This document shows positions 1 to 13,628 of a DNA stretch of 64,000 nucleotides, one piece after another. The stretch spans positions 23,622,001 to 23,686,000 of the forward strand of contig NC_043015.1 of assembly GCF_006345805.1 (NCBI RefSeq). The letters run 5' to 3'. The stretch's first letter is position 1; each line of letters opens with the position of its first letter. The DNA is from Octopus sinensis. Lineage: Eukaryota. A model generated the notes under the pieces. The model worked only from the letters and a program-made list of their open reading frames with translations, ran no database searches and was not told where the DNA came from. A program made the translations under genes and the position numbers.

Positions 1-1307
1 CCAGAAACATTACCTTCCACCACCCTCTCCATAACAATTTTTCAATTGACACCACTCCTACACCTTTCTCTTTGACTCTTTTTAAATGTATTTTCAGGTT
101 GCCAAAATATATCTATTAATTCATTCTATGGGCGACCCGTAAATGACCTCAACCGAAATTCACAAAGACATTCCTCTAGCTGGCTTCAACAATACAAACT
201 ACCACCTTCTCATCCTTCTCTCCTTTTCCTTCTCATATTCTTATTCGTTTCCTTCACAAGTTTAAACCTTTACCCACTCCCATGTATTACCCTTTCCTTC
301 TTAATTTCTATGCTTTCCATGCATTTTCGAGCAAATCTTCAGCGAGTCAACATGGGGTCCCTTGACGACAGTGTGAACTTCTTTTCATTGAGGTATCTTT
401 TGCTCGACGTGTAGCTAGCGGATTATCCCCTGCCTGGATAATTACTACTTCCGATGTTCTGCTAGCTATGAAACATATGCAGTCTGAATTATCTACTTCA
501 TGCCCTAATATTGGATTTTTGTTTGCACACACAGCAAAGCTAGCTGGTAACCGAAATCTATAAAACAATTTTTCAGTCTATCGATCTTCAATACGAGAAG
601 AATTTACAACCATCTACGTCATTAAACCACTTGTGTTCCTGGAAGTTGTTTTCTATACCTTCTACGGACTGTTCGAAGCTTACTACCTTCCTACACCTTG
701 ATCCTTGGATCTTACGTTTGGATGGACATACAGAAGCATACACACACGCGCACGCGCACGCACACACATATTGTTTACGATCTAGTGTTTTGATGAAGAC
801 TTTGCACAAAAGCCTCGAAAAATATATCTATTTTTCTACACACTGACGTATTTCAAGAGTATTTACATTTTCTTTTTGAAGCGCCATTTTCTTTCTTAAA
901 GTCACATCTATGTGTATATCGCTAAACGCATTGCCTTTCTAGCCGATATATATTGCTATAACCCTCTGCTCTTATCGATTCTTCTACACATTCCGGGTAC
1001 CAGAGAAATACAGCTTACCCACTTACTCATGTGAAACTATTGCCACCTTCCTACTATACCCAGTATTGTTTTTTTTACCTATTCTTATTAAGTAAATTTA
1101 TTTACTAAATTCAGTTGTTGCATTAGTACTGAGCTGCAAACCTATGTTCCTGTCAGATTGTCACTGCTGGTATTTGTATCTCTATATCATCATTGAGTTT
1201 ATTTGCCTTCCTTGAATATTCAACCATTCCCAGCCTCTTGATTCAAGAGAGAATTGTCCTTGTTCTCCACGAGATGCCTTGCAACAAAGCTTAACACTTT
1301 TCTATTC

Positions 1308-1458
1308 TTACATTATTTACGTTATTTACATTTGACGGATATTTGTCCTCGTCTTGTTTGTTGTCAACACAACGTTTCGGCTGATAAACCCTCTCGCCTT
1401 CATCAAGTGTTGTGGGGAAATATTGAACCTGGGTTCTCATTCCTAAGGTATCATTCGA

Positions 1459-1459
<1 letters not shown>
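1308..1459 (-). mobile_element. Hammerhead-bearing non-coding tail segment (PLE pLTR-like) ending in short AATGTAAAT-type tandem repeats; probable 3' half of a composite SINE
   Basis: The minus strand reads (TAA)n, then ATCGAATGATACCTTAGGAATGAGAACCCAGG, then the hammerhead, then AAATGTAAATAACGTAAATAATGTAA (three imperfect 9-mer units). Confidence 0.55.
1365..1412 (-). ncRNA. Minimal type I hammerhead ribozyme motif (dimer type)
   Basis: Minus strand: CAACAC-TTGATGA-A-GGC gagagggtttatca GCC-GAAA-CG-T-T-GTGTTG. Stem I CAACAC/GTGTTG is a perfect 6 bp; stem II is GGC/GCC; stem III is the loopless palindrome AACGTT. The core has C3U and one extra A after A9. Confidence 0.7.

Positions 1460-1528
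<69 letters not shown>
1460..1528. repeat. (TAA)n microsatellite on the minus strand, at the 3' end of the Dong copy
   Basis: Pure TTA run on the plus strand. Confidence 0.95.
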
Positions 1529-1529
<1 letters not shown>

Positions 1530-2667
1530 TATGTTTGACTTTTGCTTTATGTCTGTACAAGCTGGCTCCAAGTCTCACCCAGAGAGCTCAAGAGACAACA
1601 GGTTGGAAGTTCACGTTGTTGTTATGCTTAAAGTGCCATATATTTGGGTTTCTTTTTTGGTGTTGTACTAGTGAATGTCTAATACATAAATTTTAAAAAA
1701 AGTTTGTTTTAAACTTTGGGATTACATAGAGAGAATTTTGCGTAGGATATGAGCAGTTCCCATGAGCACTATCTTTTGAATTTCTGCCATTTTGGGGTTT
1801 CCTGGTATCTGAGTTAGGTAGCAATCAGCCCCTTTCGCTATCATTCTCAGGGCACCTATGGTATTGTTTTAGTCTTCAGGTTCCACATTTTGCTGATTTC
1901 TGTTTCAAGATCTTTATATTTGCTCAGTTTTTGGTAGGTCTTGACAGATACGTTCATATCGATTGGGACAGTCATATCAATGAGGAGGCATGTTCTTTGT
2001 CTGAAGTCTTTCAATATGATGTCTGGCCTATTTGCATCTATCTTTCTGTCAGTTTGAATGGTGAAGTTCCAGAGGAGTGAGATGTGGTCATTTTCAAGCA
2101 CTAGAGGTGGATTGTGTTCCCACCAGTTTTTTTCATGGGGCAAATCCAGGTTTTTGCAAATTACCCAGTGAATATATTGTGCAGCTCTATCATGCCTGTT
2201 GAGGTACTCTGTAGGCGCTAGAAGACTGCATTTGGAGACAACATGAACAATGGTTTCATTTTGTTGTCGGCATACACGACATGTTGGACTACTGTCGTTC
2301 TTTAATATGTTGGCCTGGTAGTTTCTTGTTGGTAGGCATTGATCTTGAGCTGCTATGATAAACCCTTCTGTTTCAGATTTTAAGCCAGAGGCCATTAGCC
2401 TTTGATGGGTCAGGGCTTTGTCAATATCTGCATTATTCGCTCTCTTTGGGTATTTGCCATAGAGAGGTTTTTCTTGCCATTTATTATTCAGAATATCTAA
2501 GGCCGCAGTTTTGGCACGGGTTTTCAGGAGCCTAGCTTTTTCTGTGCTTATTTCTTGTATGTCTATCTCTAATTCCCGAAATTTGTTGTATTCGGAAGTC
2601 ACTTAGATATTCCTTTGCCTGTTTTGTTGCTGAGTATGATGCTTTCTTGTTTTCATGTTTTGAGACA
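1529..2667 (-). mobile_element. 5'-truncated R4/Dong-clade non-LTR retrotransposon (CCHC finger, restriction-like endonuclease, 3' UTR)
   Basis: ORF 1856..2602 contains CRVCRQQNETIVHVVSKC, RHDRAA, NRPDIILKD..LIDMTVP and KLSKYKDL. (TAA)n flanks both ends. Confidence 0.9.
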
Positions 2668-2737
<70 letters not shown>

Positions 2738-2741
2738 TATT
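2668..2741. repeat. (TAA)n microsatellite on the minus strand, between the tRNA-like head and the Dong fragment
   Basis: ATT run on the plus strand. Confidence 0.95.
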
Positions 2742-2812
2742 CAGGTCACAGCCTGAAATCGAACTCGCAATCTTGGGTTTAGTAGCCCGCGCTCTTAACC
2801 ACTACACCATAG
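2742..2812 (-). mobile_element. tRNA-derived SINE head with Pol III A and B boxes
   Basis: Minus strand: CTATGGTGTAGTGGTTAAGAGCGCGGGCTACTAAACCCAAGATTGCGAGTTCGATTTCAGGCTGTGACCTG. A box TGGTGTAGTGG, B box GAGTTCGATTTC. It runs directly into (AAT)n. Confidence 0.8.
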
Positions 2813-4011
2813 TTTTTTTTTATTTCTTCTTTGTCTTACTCTACCTAAAGTCCGTTGATTCATCCAGATACATTGTCCAGTATATCGCCATTGCGGCCAT
2901 CCCATTTACGACTATCAGTTTTTCACCCTTTTTTCCCCACTAACTTATCCTTCACCCTTCACTCTTTTCCGTGCATTAAGTTTAAACCAGACGGCATGTC
3001 AATTTGCATTACCTATAATACATATTTAGTTCTCGTGGCTAAATATATTTGACTTCTCACGATGAACTATATCACTTATAGTATGTTGCTACATAAACAG
3101 TAAAGTACATCAATCTGTCATATATATAGGGGTAAAATTCGCAGATTTGCTTCTAAAGTGAATCTACTCCTTACATAACGGCATAGAAATACCCGAAATT
3201 TCCTGTCTAGCACTAGCGAAATGTTCATCAATGATCCTTTGGATTTCTTTTATTGAGATCAAGTCACCACAGCAGACCTCTCGAATTCGCTTTTCTCTTA
3301 TAGAAACTATTATTGTATAATTTTCTTCGATTGCACATCTCTCCGCCAAATTTCTCTTTTTCTTGCAATATCTATATATATTTCTCTTCTCCCCCATGTT
3401 ATAAATGCTTTATGCCCTGCAACTGCACAACATAATTTATTCTCTAATAACAATATCAGATCAGCTCAACCACTACATTGACTATACACAAATTGTATTT
3501 CTATGAGTCCAGTAGCCCTGAACTTGATGCTGTCGGACTTTAGTCACTTGTTTTGGTCTGAACAATTATTGTGTATACATTTGTCCGTACTATATTGTAT
3601 GACATTTCAACATTTTTTTAACAATTAATATATATTTATGCACATATGTACGTATGCATGTAAATATATAATGCTATAAGTATGAGAGCGTACGTATGCC
3701 TGTTTATGTTATGTGCGTATGCGTCTTTGTATTTGCGAGTATGTTGCCACGAGGTATATGTAACTTTACATTCAATTATGTCTGATAAAGCAACAGTAAA
3801 AGACAAAAGCGAAATATTTCGCTAAGTTCATCATAAAACTCAATTTTCAAATTGTACGAATTTATTTCATTGTATCGTAAATGCCATGAACTGTTACCTA
3901 CACAAGGATTATTAACAGGAAATTATTATATTCTTCTTTTTTATCTTTTGAAAATACCATTTTTCATTTTCTATAATTTTATTTAGAAAGAAATATATAG
4001 TTTTCACTGAA

Positions 4012-4051
<40 letters not shown>

Positions 4052-5255
4052 TATATATATATACTCACATTACGTACAGGACATCACGAACGAGTGAAAA
4101 ATGCGTAAACACAAGAGAGAAAATTTCAGGGCAAAACACAAAAACAAGATAATTTGCTCATCAGTTGTCGACTGTTTATTACTATCAATTTCGTAAACAA
4201 TTTCCTAATCTTATGAGTTCTTCGAATTTTCTTTGTGTTGTGGTTTAGGGAATTTACAATTCAATGACGTTAAAGAAGAAAACTAAAGCCTTTTCATTTA
4301 AAAACATAGCTATACTGATGCCTACTAGATTATTGTATACTATATTTGTATATTTCCTTGTATTTTTTAAGGATATTATCTTTATTTTCAATATTTTTAA
4401 TTTTTTTTTTATGAATGTGAAATTCTCTTAACTTCTTCTTGTATTGATTTTGCTATGGCTAATAAAATCTAAATATTTTGTGATCTATTTACATTATATT
4501 TTTTTTTACTATTTATGATTATAATTTTCTACATATTTTTCAGATTTATTTTACTCAATACTTCGTCATGCGCCAAAGATTATAAACATTTATAAACATT
4601 ACTGTCTCTTGGAAAGACTCACACGTCGTGTCTTAACTATTTCAAGAACGATTTAGTAACATTTTATTCACTACGCTCTTAGATGATCATTTTACATAGG
4701 AGGAATAACTTATATATTAACGTCATGAGTAAAATATTAAAAAGGTGAAGGTTTCTTAACTAAGTTGCTCAATTTATTGGAAATAACAGCAAATTTCTCC
4801 TAGATTTGCGCGTTTTTATATTAGGCGTTTGACTTTTGTGCGACGAGAGGTATTTGGAGAGATAATTCATTAAACGATAAATTTATCCGGCGCCTGAATT
4901 GAGACCAGTGTCTATTTTGAGGTCTCAATAATCGGAATTGATACTATGATTAACCAGCCAAATCGCCGATCTCAGAAGAATCTTATCCAGTGTATACGGA
5001 TGCCCTAAAAGTGGTCTTGGTAAATATTCTTCCACTTATGATAAGGTCTGATCAAAAGAGAAAAGATGATAGATTTGCAAACAATGTGAGAGTTAAGAAC
5101 ATTTCTCTCCCTTTCTCTCTCCTCTCTTTTCCTTACTCTCTCCCTTTCGCTTTTCCCTCTCTCCCTCCGTCTCTCTCCCTTTCACTTACCCCTCACTCCG
5201 TCTTTCCCTTTCTAGTTGTGTTCTTTTCTTTACTTATTAATCAATAGAGTCGTAA

Positions 5256-5575
5256 AGGTACGTGCCTTTCTGGTTCCGGTTTTAGACGGAGGATCGTAAA
5301 GGCGTGAGGTCGATTTCCGGCGGTGCTTTGTATCATTGAGAGAGACACTTTATTTTACCTTGCACCGGTCCACTCATCTGGCAAAAATGAGTTGTACGTG
5401 CATTTCAAAGAGTTCGCCTTGTAACATTCTGTGTCACGCCGAATCTCCCTAAAAAACTTCGTTAAGGGCACGCCTGACAGTGGAATGCTCAGCCACTTGC
5501 ACATACATTCGTTCATCGTATCAAGTGGGACACGCGTCGTTGTAACCGACGAAGAGACAAGCCAATAAAAATATA
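5256..5575 (+). mobile_element. Degraded tRNA/CORE-type SINE (same family as 49040-49370)
   Basis: Colinear with the cleaner 49 kb copy, e.g. GACACTTTATTT, CCACTCA.CTGGCAAAAATGAGTTGTAC, GGAATGCTCAGCCA and GTCGTTGTAACCG. Confidence 0.8.
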
Positions 5576-6576
5576 TCACGGCTAACATTATTCCCTCTGC
5601 GACACATGTTTCTGAGGCTCGTTTTGCCTGCTAACGAAAGAGTAATTTTGATCTTAATCACGTTATTGATAATGACGATGATGAGGAGGATGAAGATGAT
5701 GATGATGGAAAAGGTAGTGGTTGGGAGGATGAGAGTGGTATGGAAGTTGACGAAAGTGACTCGCCAGAGATGAATGCAAAATCATAGTTACTTTAAATGC
5801 TGGAGTGGTAGACTTGTTAAAGCAATGCGGTGCTTTGTTCACTATCTTTCCGTTCAGACTTCGAATCCCACCAGACGTATTTCTACATTTCATCTCTCCG
5901 GGTTCGATAAATTAAAGATCAGTAAAATACTAGTGTCGATATAATCACCTATGTTTCTTCACGAAATTTAAAGCTTTGAAATTAACATAAAATTATTATT
6001 TTATCATTTGCCGTCGAAGAAAATACTCTGCTGTATACAGGTCCAAATCACGAGGTTCCGAATTCACATCCCGCCATCCCAATATTGCTTTCATCTTAAG
6101 GCGGTGAGCTGGCAGAAACGTTAGCACGCCGGGCGAAATGCTTAGCAGTATTTCGTCTGTTCTGAGTTCAAATTCCGTCGAGATCGACTTTGCCTTTCAT
6201 CCTTTCAGAGTCGATAAATTAAGTACCAATTGCGTACTGAGGTTGACCTAATCAACTGGCTCCCTCCCCAAAAATTTCGGGCCTTGTGCCTAGAGTAGAA
6301 AGGCTTATCATTATAACCATAAAGGCAGCGAGCTGGCAGAGTGGTTAGCGCTCCTGGGAAAACGCTAAGCGGCATTTGGTCCGTCACCACGTTCTTGGTT
6401 CAAATTCTGTCCAGATCGACTTTGCCTTTTATCCTTTCGGTGTCGCTAAATCAAGTACCAGTGAAACATTGGGTCGTTGAAATCGACTAGTCCCCTCCCC
6501 CACAATTTCAGGCCTTGTATCTTTAGTAGAAAGGGTTATTATGATTACCATATTTTTCAGAAAATAGAAACTAAAC
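5313..6576 (+). repeat. Left arm of a ~1.3 kb inverted duplication (partner 24762-26052)
   Basis: Reverse complement of 24762-26052 apart from scattered substitutions, a 12-bp indel and a CAT-repeat length difference. Three spurious ORFs recur mirrored in the ORF track. Confidence 0.95.
6100..6545 (+). mobile_element. Tandem pair of tRNA-derived SINEs (Octopus OK-like type)
   Basis: Two units start AAGGCGG/AAGGCAG-GAGCTGGCAGA, have B box (GA)GTTCAAATTC and body GATCGACTTTGCCTTT.ATCCTTTC, and end GGCCTTGT...AGTAGAAAGG plus an ATT-type tail. Confidence 0.85.
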
Positions 6577-9500
6577 TTTGATAAGTTACTCGAGTGAATA
6601 CCTTTCTGATTTCATACGTGTTAATATTATCATCGTTTGTAACATATCTTTGAATTTGGAAATGTCTAAGTAGTATCTGTTATTACATTCTGTAGTAGTT
6701 TAATACCACAAAGGAATTAATTAAACCTAGAATGAAATCAATGGAAACCTTCAATTCAAAATTACTTGAAAAAATATTTTACTCCACAGAAATTTATTAT
6801 GGAATTTTATTCCTTTAACCTAATTCAAAATGTGATTCTGAGAATGGAGATAAAACTGATATTAAGAATTTTCTTTGCAACGCGATATCTGATTCACTAG
6901 TTATTTGCATCGTTTAGTTTGTATGCTTTTTCTTCTACCACCTTCACTTTGATAAGTCGTTAATTTTCATCATGATACTATGTGTTTGGCATTAAAAGAA
7001 TGTCTCGTGTTCGATACAACTTTGTATCATTTTGGGCGTCTTCTCTTTCTGTAAATACATGTTTTGTGAATGTAATGGAATAGACAGAAACTCTAGAGAA
7101 ATTTGTCAGGATATTGCTCTTTTACAGATTTTGTTGTGACTGTGATAAAGTTTTAATTTAAGTAGCTGTTTAGAAGGAGAGTGTGGGAGAAAGAGCAATG
7201 CAGCAATTATCTTCGTTTCCGAGCTATTCCAAGTGACATATTTACATTCATGTTTCAGACTTCGATAAAATAAAGCAGCGAAATACTGTCCTTACTATAG
7301 TTGATTGTACTCTCACCAAAATATTTAGCTCTGTGCTAATATGGAAAACTATTGGATTAATATTTACCTCAATATTCGTTGTTTCTTTTTCAGGGTATCA
7401 ATAGGATTTTGTTGAACAATGACAGCTAAGAGGCATACTATATAGCTTTATAATTACTAAAGTTCCCCTCGTGTCAGTAAATATTCGAAATTCCTATCTA
7501 CTCATGTAGAACGGTAAATAGAGATGTTCATTTCGTTATGTTAATGTCCCGTGCTTTTATGATAAAGTTTTTTGTAGAATCTGCGGTTTTATGTAAAGCT
7601 TTATTAGTGAATAAATAGGAAATTTTGTTCTTTATTTCAAAAAAAGACAAAAAATAACAAACGGATGTAATGTTTAATACACAAAATCGGTAAACGCAAC
7701 AAATAAATTTAGTGACCCTTTAGAAGTTTTATGCTAGTTAGATGCATAATTTAAGGGTTTCAAATGAGCTTTAGAAGCTGCAATGCAATCGTAATAATTT
7801 TTATAACTTTATCATTCTTTTCTTTGCCATTTGTAAAGGATGAAAGAGTCGCATGTATTCGACGCCGTGTATGGTTCTGTAAATGCTGCTGCTTTTATTT
7901 ATTTCAATGTTTGCATTTCGTGTTCGAAGGATTAAAATTTGCCTGTACGGAGCGAGGTGCTATAAGTGAATAATGCTTATACGTCTCCCTTGGATCTTGT
8001 TTTAATTGAATTTCCAATGTGAGTAAATGAAGGTCTCTCAAAGTAAGTTTCTGCTGAACAGTTGTGTGCGCACATTTGTTTATGTTGTTTACATGTTTTC
8101 AATTCACTTTGCCGATCGGTTTGCGGGTACATTTCCGGGCTTTTCCCTTTATGTGTATTTGTATGTGATTTCGAAGTGTGTACACTTTTATGTTACTTTT
8201 CTGTATGTTGTGTGAAGCACATGGCGTATCATTAAATGCATCTCCGTGAATTTTTGTATGTATTAAGTTAAGTTTGCGGCGTTAGCATTTTCTCTCTATG
8301 CATTTGTGTGTGTATGGAGTATGTATTTATGTGTGTATTTATGCTATCCCTTTATTTATATTTCAGTTTTATGTCAGTCGATATGTATGTATGCTATGTG
8401 TGATGCCTTGTAAGCGATGAATGCATATTATTGAATATATGCGTATTATTTATTTGTTCGTGTAAATGTGTGCGAATGTAAGCATAAGTGTGTGTATTAG
8501 CCAGTTTGTGTATATTTACGTGTGTGTGAATTTGTGTGCTTTCGTAAATGTGTATTATCACCACCACCACGAAGAAAGATCACTAGGTGTGTGCGTGCGG
8601 TTATGTGTATATGCCTGTGAGTGCTCATTTGTTTGAAGTGGGCTTCTGGAAGTAATTTGCTAAGTTTCCAAGCAATGGTATCCTCTTAATAGCATTTCCG
8701 AGTTGAACGTTGTTCAGCTTCACTTGTTTATAACGATCCTTCTCCTGAAACCATATCGATGTACACTATGATTAATAAGAGCATGTATTACGCATCTTCA
8801 ATACATACGATATTTAAAAAATATCTTACAAAGGAATCCGGTTCTTTTCGTGTGTTTTTCACTTCTTATTTACTACATTCACAAGTAAAACATCTATACC
8901 ACTTCCTCTATATCACGCGTAGTCGAAGACCAAGACATTGAAGCACCAGACGCTGCCACACTTCCTGAAAATGCCGAGCATATATGTGAACTCTTGTACA
9001 AACGATTTGATTTAGTTGTATAGCTCTTCATTTTTTCATAAGAAGAAAATGCTCAGTCGTTGCACCTTTGCAATTTCATTGCGATACTTTGTGCTCTGAG
9101 TTCAAATCCAGCAGAGACAACTCGTGACGCTTATCATTTACAAGTCTGTGCAGAAAATGTTAATTCAGTTCGCTAGATTGGCAGAACTGTCAGATCGTCA
9201 GACAGAATGCCCTACGGTCACCATTTTTGTGTATGAGTTTGTGTCAATGCTCAACAGTGTAAAACTATGGTTGGAGTTACTCGTTCTTGTAAAGTATTGA
9301 GAACAAACACCAGTTACAGGCTGCTGTCGATCTAGTTGACTGATACTTAAGTCTCAAAGGCTTTTGTACCAAGCAAGAAATGTAAACTGAAAATTCCGAA
9401 GGTATCTCGTGAGTGCTAAAAAAAATTGGGAGTACAAAAGGCATAAATTGTTAAATATCTACATCCGATAACGTTCATGTTACGTACGCTTACACAAAGG

Positions 9501-9825
9501 TTAAAACTTTGTCAAGGGAAATGGCAACGATATCTTTGCTCCTCGCTCAGAACTATGTAGGTTTAAATATTATTAATCTAAATCCGTTTTTGGTGATATT
9601 GGCATATTGTAACGAAGGCGATAAATAAAGTTTCCAGTTTAAATCCTAAAAATGATGTTCTAAACAAATCATACAAGACGGCCTCAGAAATCATGATAAT
9701 GAAAAACGCTTATCGGTTAAGCTTGGAGAACGATATATAAAAAGATAAATGACTGACAACAGGGAATAGGCTATAGCAGATGACACATGCCTGACACGCA
9801 GTGGGACTGGAGTCGGAATCGTGTG

Positions 9826-9860
<35 letters not shown>

Positions 9861-9880
9861 ATATATATATATATATATAT

Positions 9881-10723
9881 ACTAGCAGTATTGCCCGGCT
9901 CGTGCGCTCGTGCGTTCTATGCATGCGCGAATTAAGCTAAACTTGGAGGAATTTCAATCAAAATTCAATTATTTTGGTTTTAAAATCAAGCATTTAATGC
10001 CCTCTATTTTTGCGCTGATGTATTCCATTTCCTCAATAGGAAGTACGTAGAAGCGTTTCATAAATTTTTGTTGATCAAATAATTGCATTGTTGAATTATT
10101 CTTTTAGATCAGTATTTCTCAACGGGGATTTCTGTGGAGAGTTTCAGGGAGTCACTGGCGATGTATCGTATTGATCAAAAATGCGGCCTGCTTAAATTTG
10201 GTTAAAGTGATTCAAACTGCAGACTCAACGCAAAATGGTCACATTTAATTCAAAGCGTTAAAAATGTTATGAAAACAATTGGTATGTGTTCACAAAGTCC
10301 AAACGATTAATATGAAAAAACCCTCCAAGCCACATCCCGAAAATTCATTTCTTTGCCGAATTTCTCCAATGTTTACGGCGATTCATTTTAATATCTTGAT
10401 TTTTTTTATTTTTCATGCAATTTACGCATGCTTGCACGCGTGGTGAACACAGTTCACTTCAAACAGCTGACTGAGTAAAGTTCATTATTCAATGCATGGG
10501 ATAAGGCCTAAACAAACACATTATCGATTTTTGCACTTGCGAGATGGATTTCGGAACAGAAATAACGTAGTTCAATTTTCATTCGCCTAAACTTTAAGTA
10601 ACCCATGTTTTGTGGTTCTACGATTTGTTGGCTAGGAGATGTGCCGGGAGGTTAAACACACAGACACACACACAGATACACACAAAGACACATACACACA
10701 CACATAGTTACAGAAAACACACT

Positions 10724-10765
<42 letters not shown>

Positions 10766-10800
10766 ACACACACACACACACACACATACATATAAAATTA
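9881..10800 (+). mobile_element. Possible non-autonomous Helitron/Helentron-associated (HINE-like) element
   Basis: Starts ACTAGCAGTATTGCCCGGC directly after (TA)n and ends in CA-rich repeats. The call rests on terminal resemblance only. Confidence 0.3.
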
Positions 10801-10804
10801 TATA

Positions 10805-10962
10805 TGTACTACGGGCTTCTTTCAGTTTCCGCTTACAGTATCAAACCGCAAGAATTTGGTCGACACTAGACAATAGTAAAATATACTTGCCCAAAGTGCC
10901 ACGGACGAAGTGGGACTGAACCTGGAACTATAATGGGAAGCAAGCTTTTTACCACAAAGACA
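10805..10962 (-). mobile_element. tRNA/CORE SINE fragment (second family)
   Basis: Minus strand: GTGGTAAAAAGCTTGCTTCCC..GGTTCAGTCCCACT..CACTTTGGGCAAGT..GGAAACTGAAAGAAGCCCGT. Confidence 0.7.
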
Positions 10963-10966
10963 GACC

Positions 10967-11006
<40 letters not shown>

Positions 11007-11606
11007 TATATATATTTATATAATATATAAATATATGCATATATTACATACATATATGTCCATACCTACATATATATGTATATATACATGCATATATGGC
11101 TACAGGTCATCAAAAAACGTTGAACACAATGAGAAACGAAAGCAGAGAAACGAGACATGCAACATAAAGGATATTGTCCTTCTTCAGTTGTCCCTGTTTC
11201 ATCTACTCCGCGTATATATATTTATACACACACAGAATATATAAATATATATGTGTGTGTATGTTTACATATATGTTTATGTATATATATATATGTGTTT
11301 GTGTGGATATGTGTGTATGTATACATACATAATTACACACACACATACCTATATATGGAACTTAATGCTGTCCGTATATCTGAACCACTCGTAATATACA
11401 ACAGTTTTTTTCTAAATATACAGAACATATTAGTCAAAATTTCTTTGAAATACAGTATATAGATATCAGTTTAACAAGCCAACAAAATATTTGGTGCTTT
11501 AGGAGAAAATGTACAACATATTAAATATCATTGTTTCGTATGTGACTTGGAATTCATTTATCAATTCATCAATCGAGTCCTTCTTGTGAATGCTTTCTCC
11601 TCTAAT

Positions 11607-11669
<63 letters not shown>

Positions 11670-11919
11670 GTTTGTTGTATAGCCAGCTGGAGAGGATGTT
11701 TCCTCTGGTTAACTACCAGTAGCATTCGTTCCATTCAGGAATGTTACCTGAGGGGTATAGTTCACTGATGATCTAAAGCAATAGGTACTCTGCATAAGTG
11801 CTTTATAATTTGTGATCCATTTAGTTCCCAATTTACAGCTGAGGGTGGAGCTAGTGATCCGTTATTGGCTTCAAAGTCAACAGGTTTAAATTTCGTTTCC
11901 GCTTAAGATATATATATAT

Positions 11920-12812
11920 ATAGGATGAGGAAAATAAATTGTCGTCTAAATTACGTAAAAATGAAAAGAACACTGACATTTCATATTAAAAGATATATTT
12001 AACAAAATTATATAACAATATCTTGAAATATTACAGAGTAAATTTATTCAATAAAATCACCATTGGCTTCAACCACGGCCTTTGGACGACTTCGGAATAT
12101 CCTGCAATTCTTGTGGACGGGCTCCTTGATTAAGTTGGTGACTGCTGCCATAATCCTTACCTTCATGTCATCTTTGGTGCTAGAAGGAAATGTTTTGGTC
12201 TCTCGCTCAACTGCGCCCTACGCATAATAATCAGTTGTGTTGCAGTCTGGTGAGTTGGTGGCCAGATGTTAGGGGTGATGTGGTTGCAGAAATTGTTTGA
12301 TATCCATGAAAGGGTCATCCTGCTTGTGTGGCATGGTGCAGAGTCCTGTTGCCAGACTTAGGGTCTTCCAGAAGCCACCCTCTTGACGCATGGCAGCACT
12401 ACCTCCTCAAGGCATTTCATGTAAGTACCCCCGTGTTTTGAGTGAAGTTGTGTGGAAAGATGAATGGAGGTATAACGTCGCTGTCACTAGTGATCACTCC
12501 AAATACCATAGTTTTGACTGAATGTTTTACCTTTATTACTCTCGATACATGTGCTCGGATTGCAATGTCCACCGATTGACACCCAAACACTCTGAAATCA
12601 TCCTATTGGAGATTCCGGTGCGAATGCCAATCACTATAGCATGCGGTTCCTCATTTCTGGCTGAGTGAATTGCGATATGGTGCTCTTTTAATTACTGACG
12701 GTGCCCTGCTGACCCTATTATACTGTGTAGCCGTCAAAATCAAATACAAACAATGCACATGCGCGATATGAAATATATAACATGGTGACAATTTACCCAT
12801 TGTACACTCTAT
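11920..12812 (-). mobile_element. Internally deleted Tc1/mariner element, maT (DD37D) family
   Basis: Minus-strand translation gives KTMVFGVITSD..PPFIFP and VWQQDSAPCHTSR...IWPP(N)SPDCNTTDYY, i.e. 37 residues between catalytic D2 and D3 after repairing a 1-bp deletion. Degenerate TIRs (GACAATTTA motif) and a TA flank are present. Confidence 0.85.
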
Positions 12813-13519
12813 GTGATATATATGTATATATATAAAGTGATGACTTTTTACCAACATAATGTAGCAATCCCAGGATGGGATAAATATTATTGTTACTTAA
12901 CGCCAAGAAAAATGGTTTCTAGCTGGGTATAGGACACAAAAGCTCTGTGTCCATTATGTTTTCGAACAGGGGAGACTAGCACCTCCACCCAGCACAACCT
13001 ACCATCCACGGACTAGTTTTAGGGTTATTGCACATTATCAGCGGGGAGTAGTTTGGCTTTCTAGATGTCGCAGCAACTTTGCTGTCTAATATATATAGAA
13101 TTCAGAGTGACAAACTATATACGTACATATTTACATGCACACCTTTGCATAAACTGACGTACACAAATACTTGCATGTGTGTGTATCATGAGTGTTTGTG
13201 TGTGCATATGTTTCTAGACTGTGTGTGCAGTATCTCATTTATATTCGATATGTATTTATTCATTTCTGTGAAACTCGCTGAGCTCCGTCCAATTGTAAGT
13301 TATACGGACTGATACTACTATGTACTACAATGTACAGCCGATGCACACACAGATTTACACATTCTCACACAAAGCCTCACTTACAAATTCATACACGTCT
13401 GTATATACATATAAGAAATTCGAAAAAACCGAGACAATGACGTGTTGAAAATTGACTGAAGTGAAAAGTAGAACTCGAGAAAAAAATTACATAAAAATAT
13501 AACTGACACACGATTAACA

Positions 13520-13553
13520 GATATATAAATATATGCGTGTATGTGTGTACACA

Positions 13554-13628
<75 letters not shown>

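Noticed and set aside
347-846. Short ORFs at the window start, and 3164..3397
   Set aside because: No recognisable motifs or convincing splice structure.
2742-2812. Functional tRNA gene (apparent ACT anticodon)
   Set aside because: The acceptor stem cannot form, the T arm is imperfect, and it runs directly into (TAA)n. It is a SINE head.
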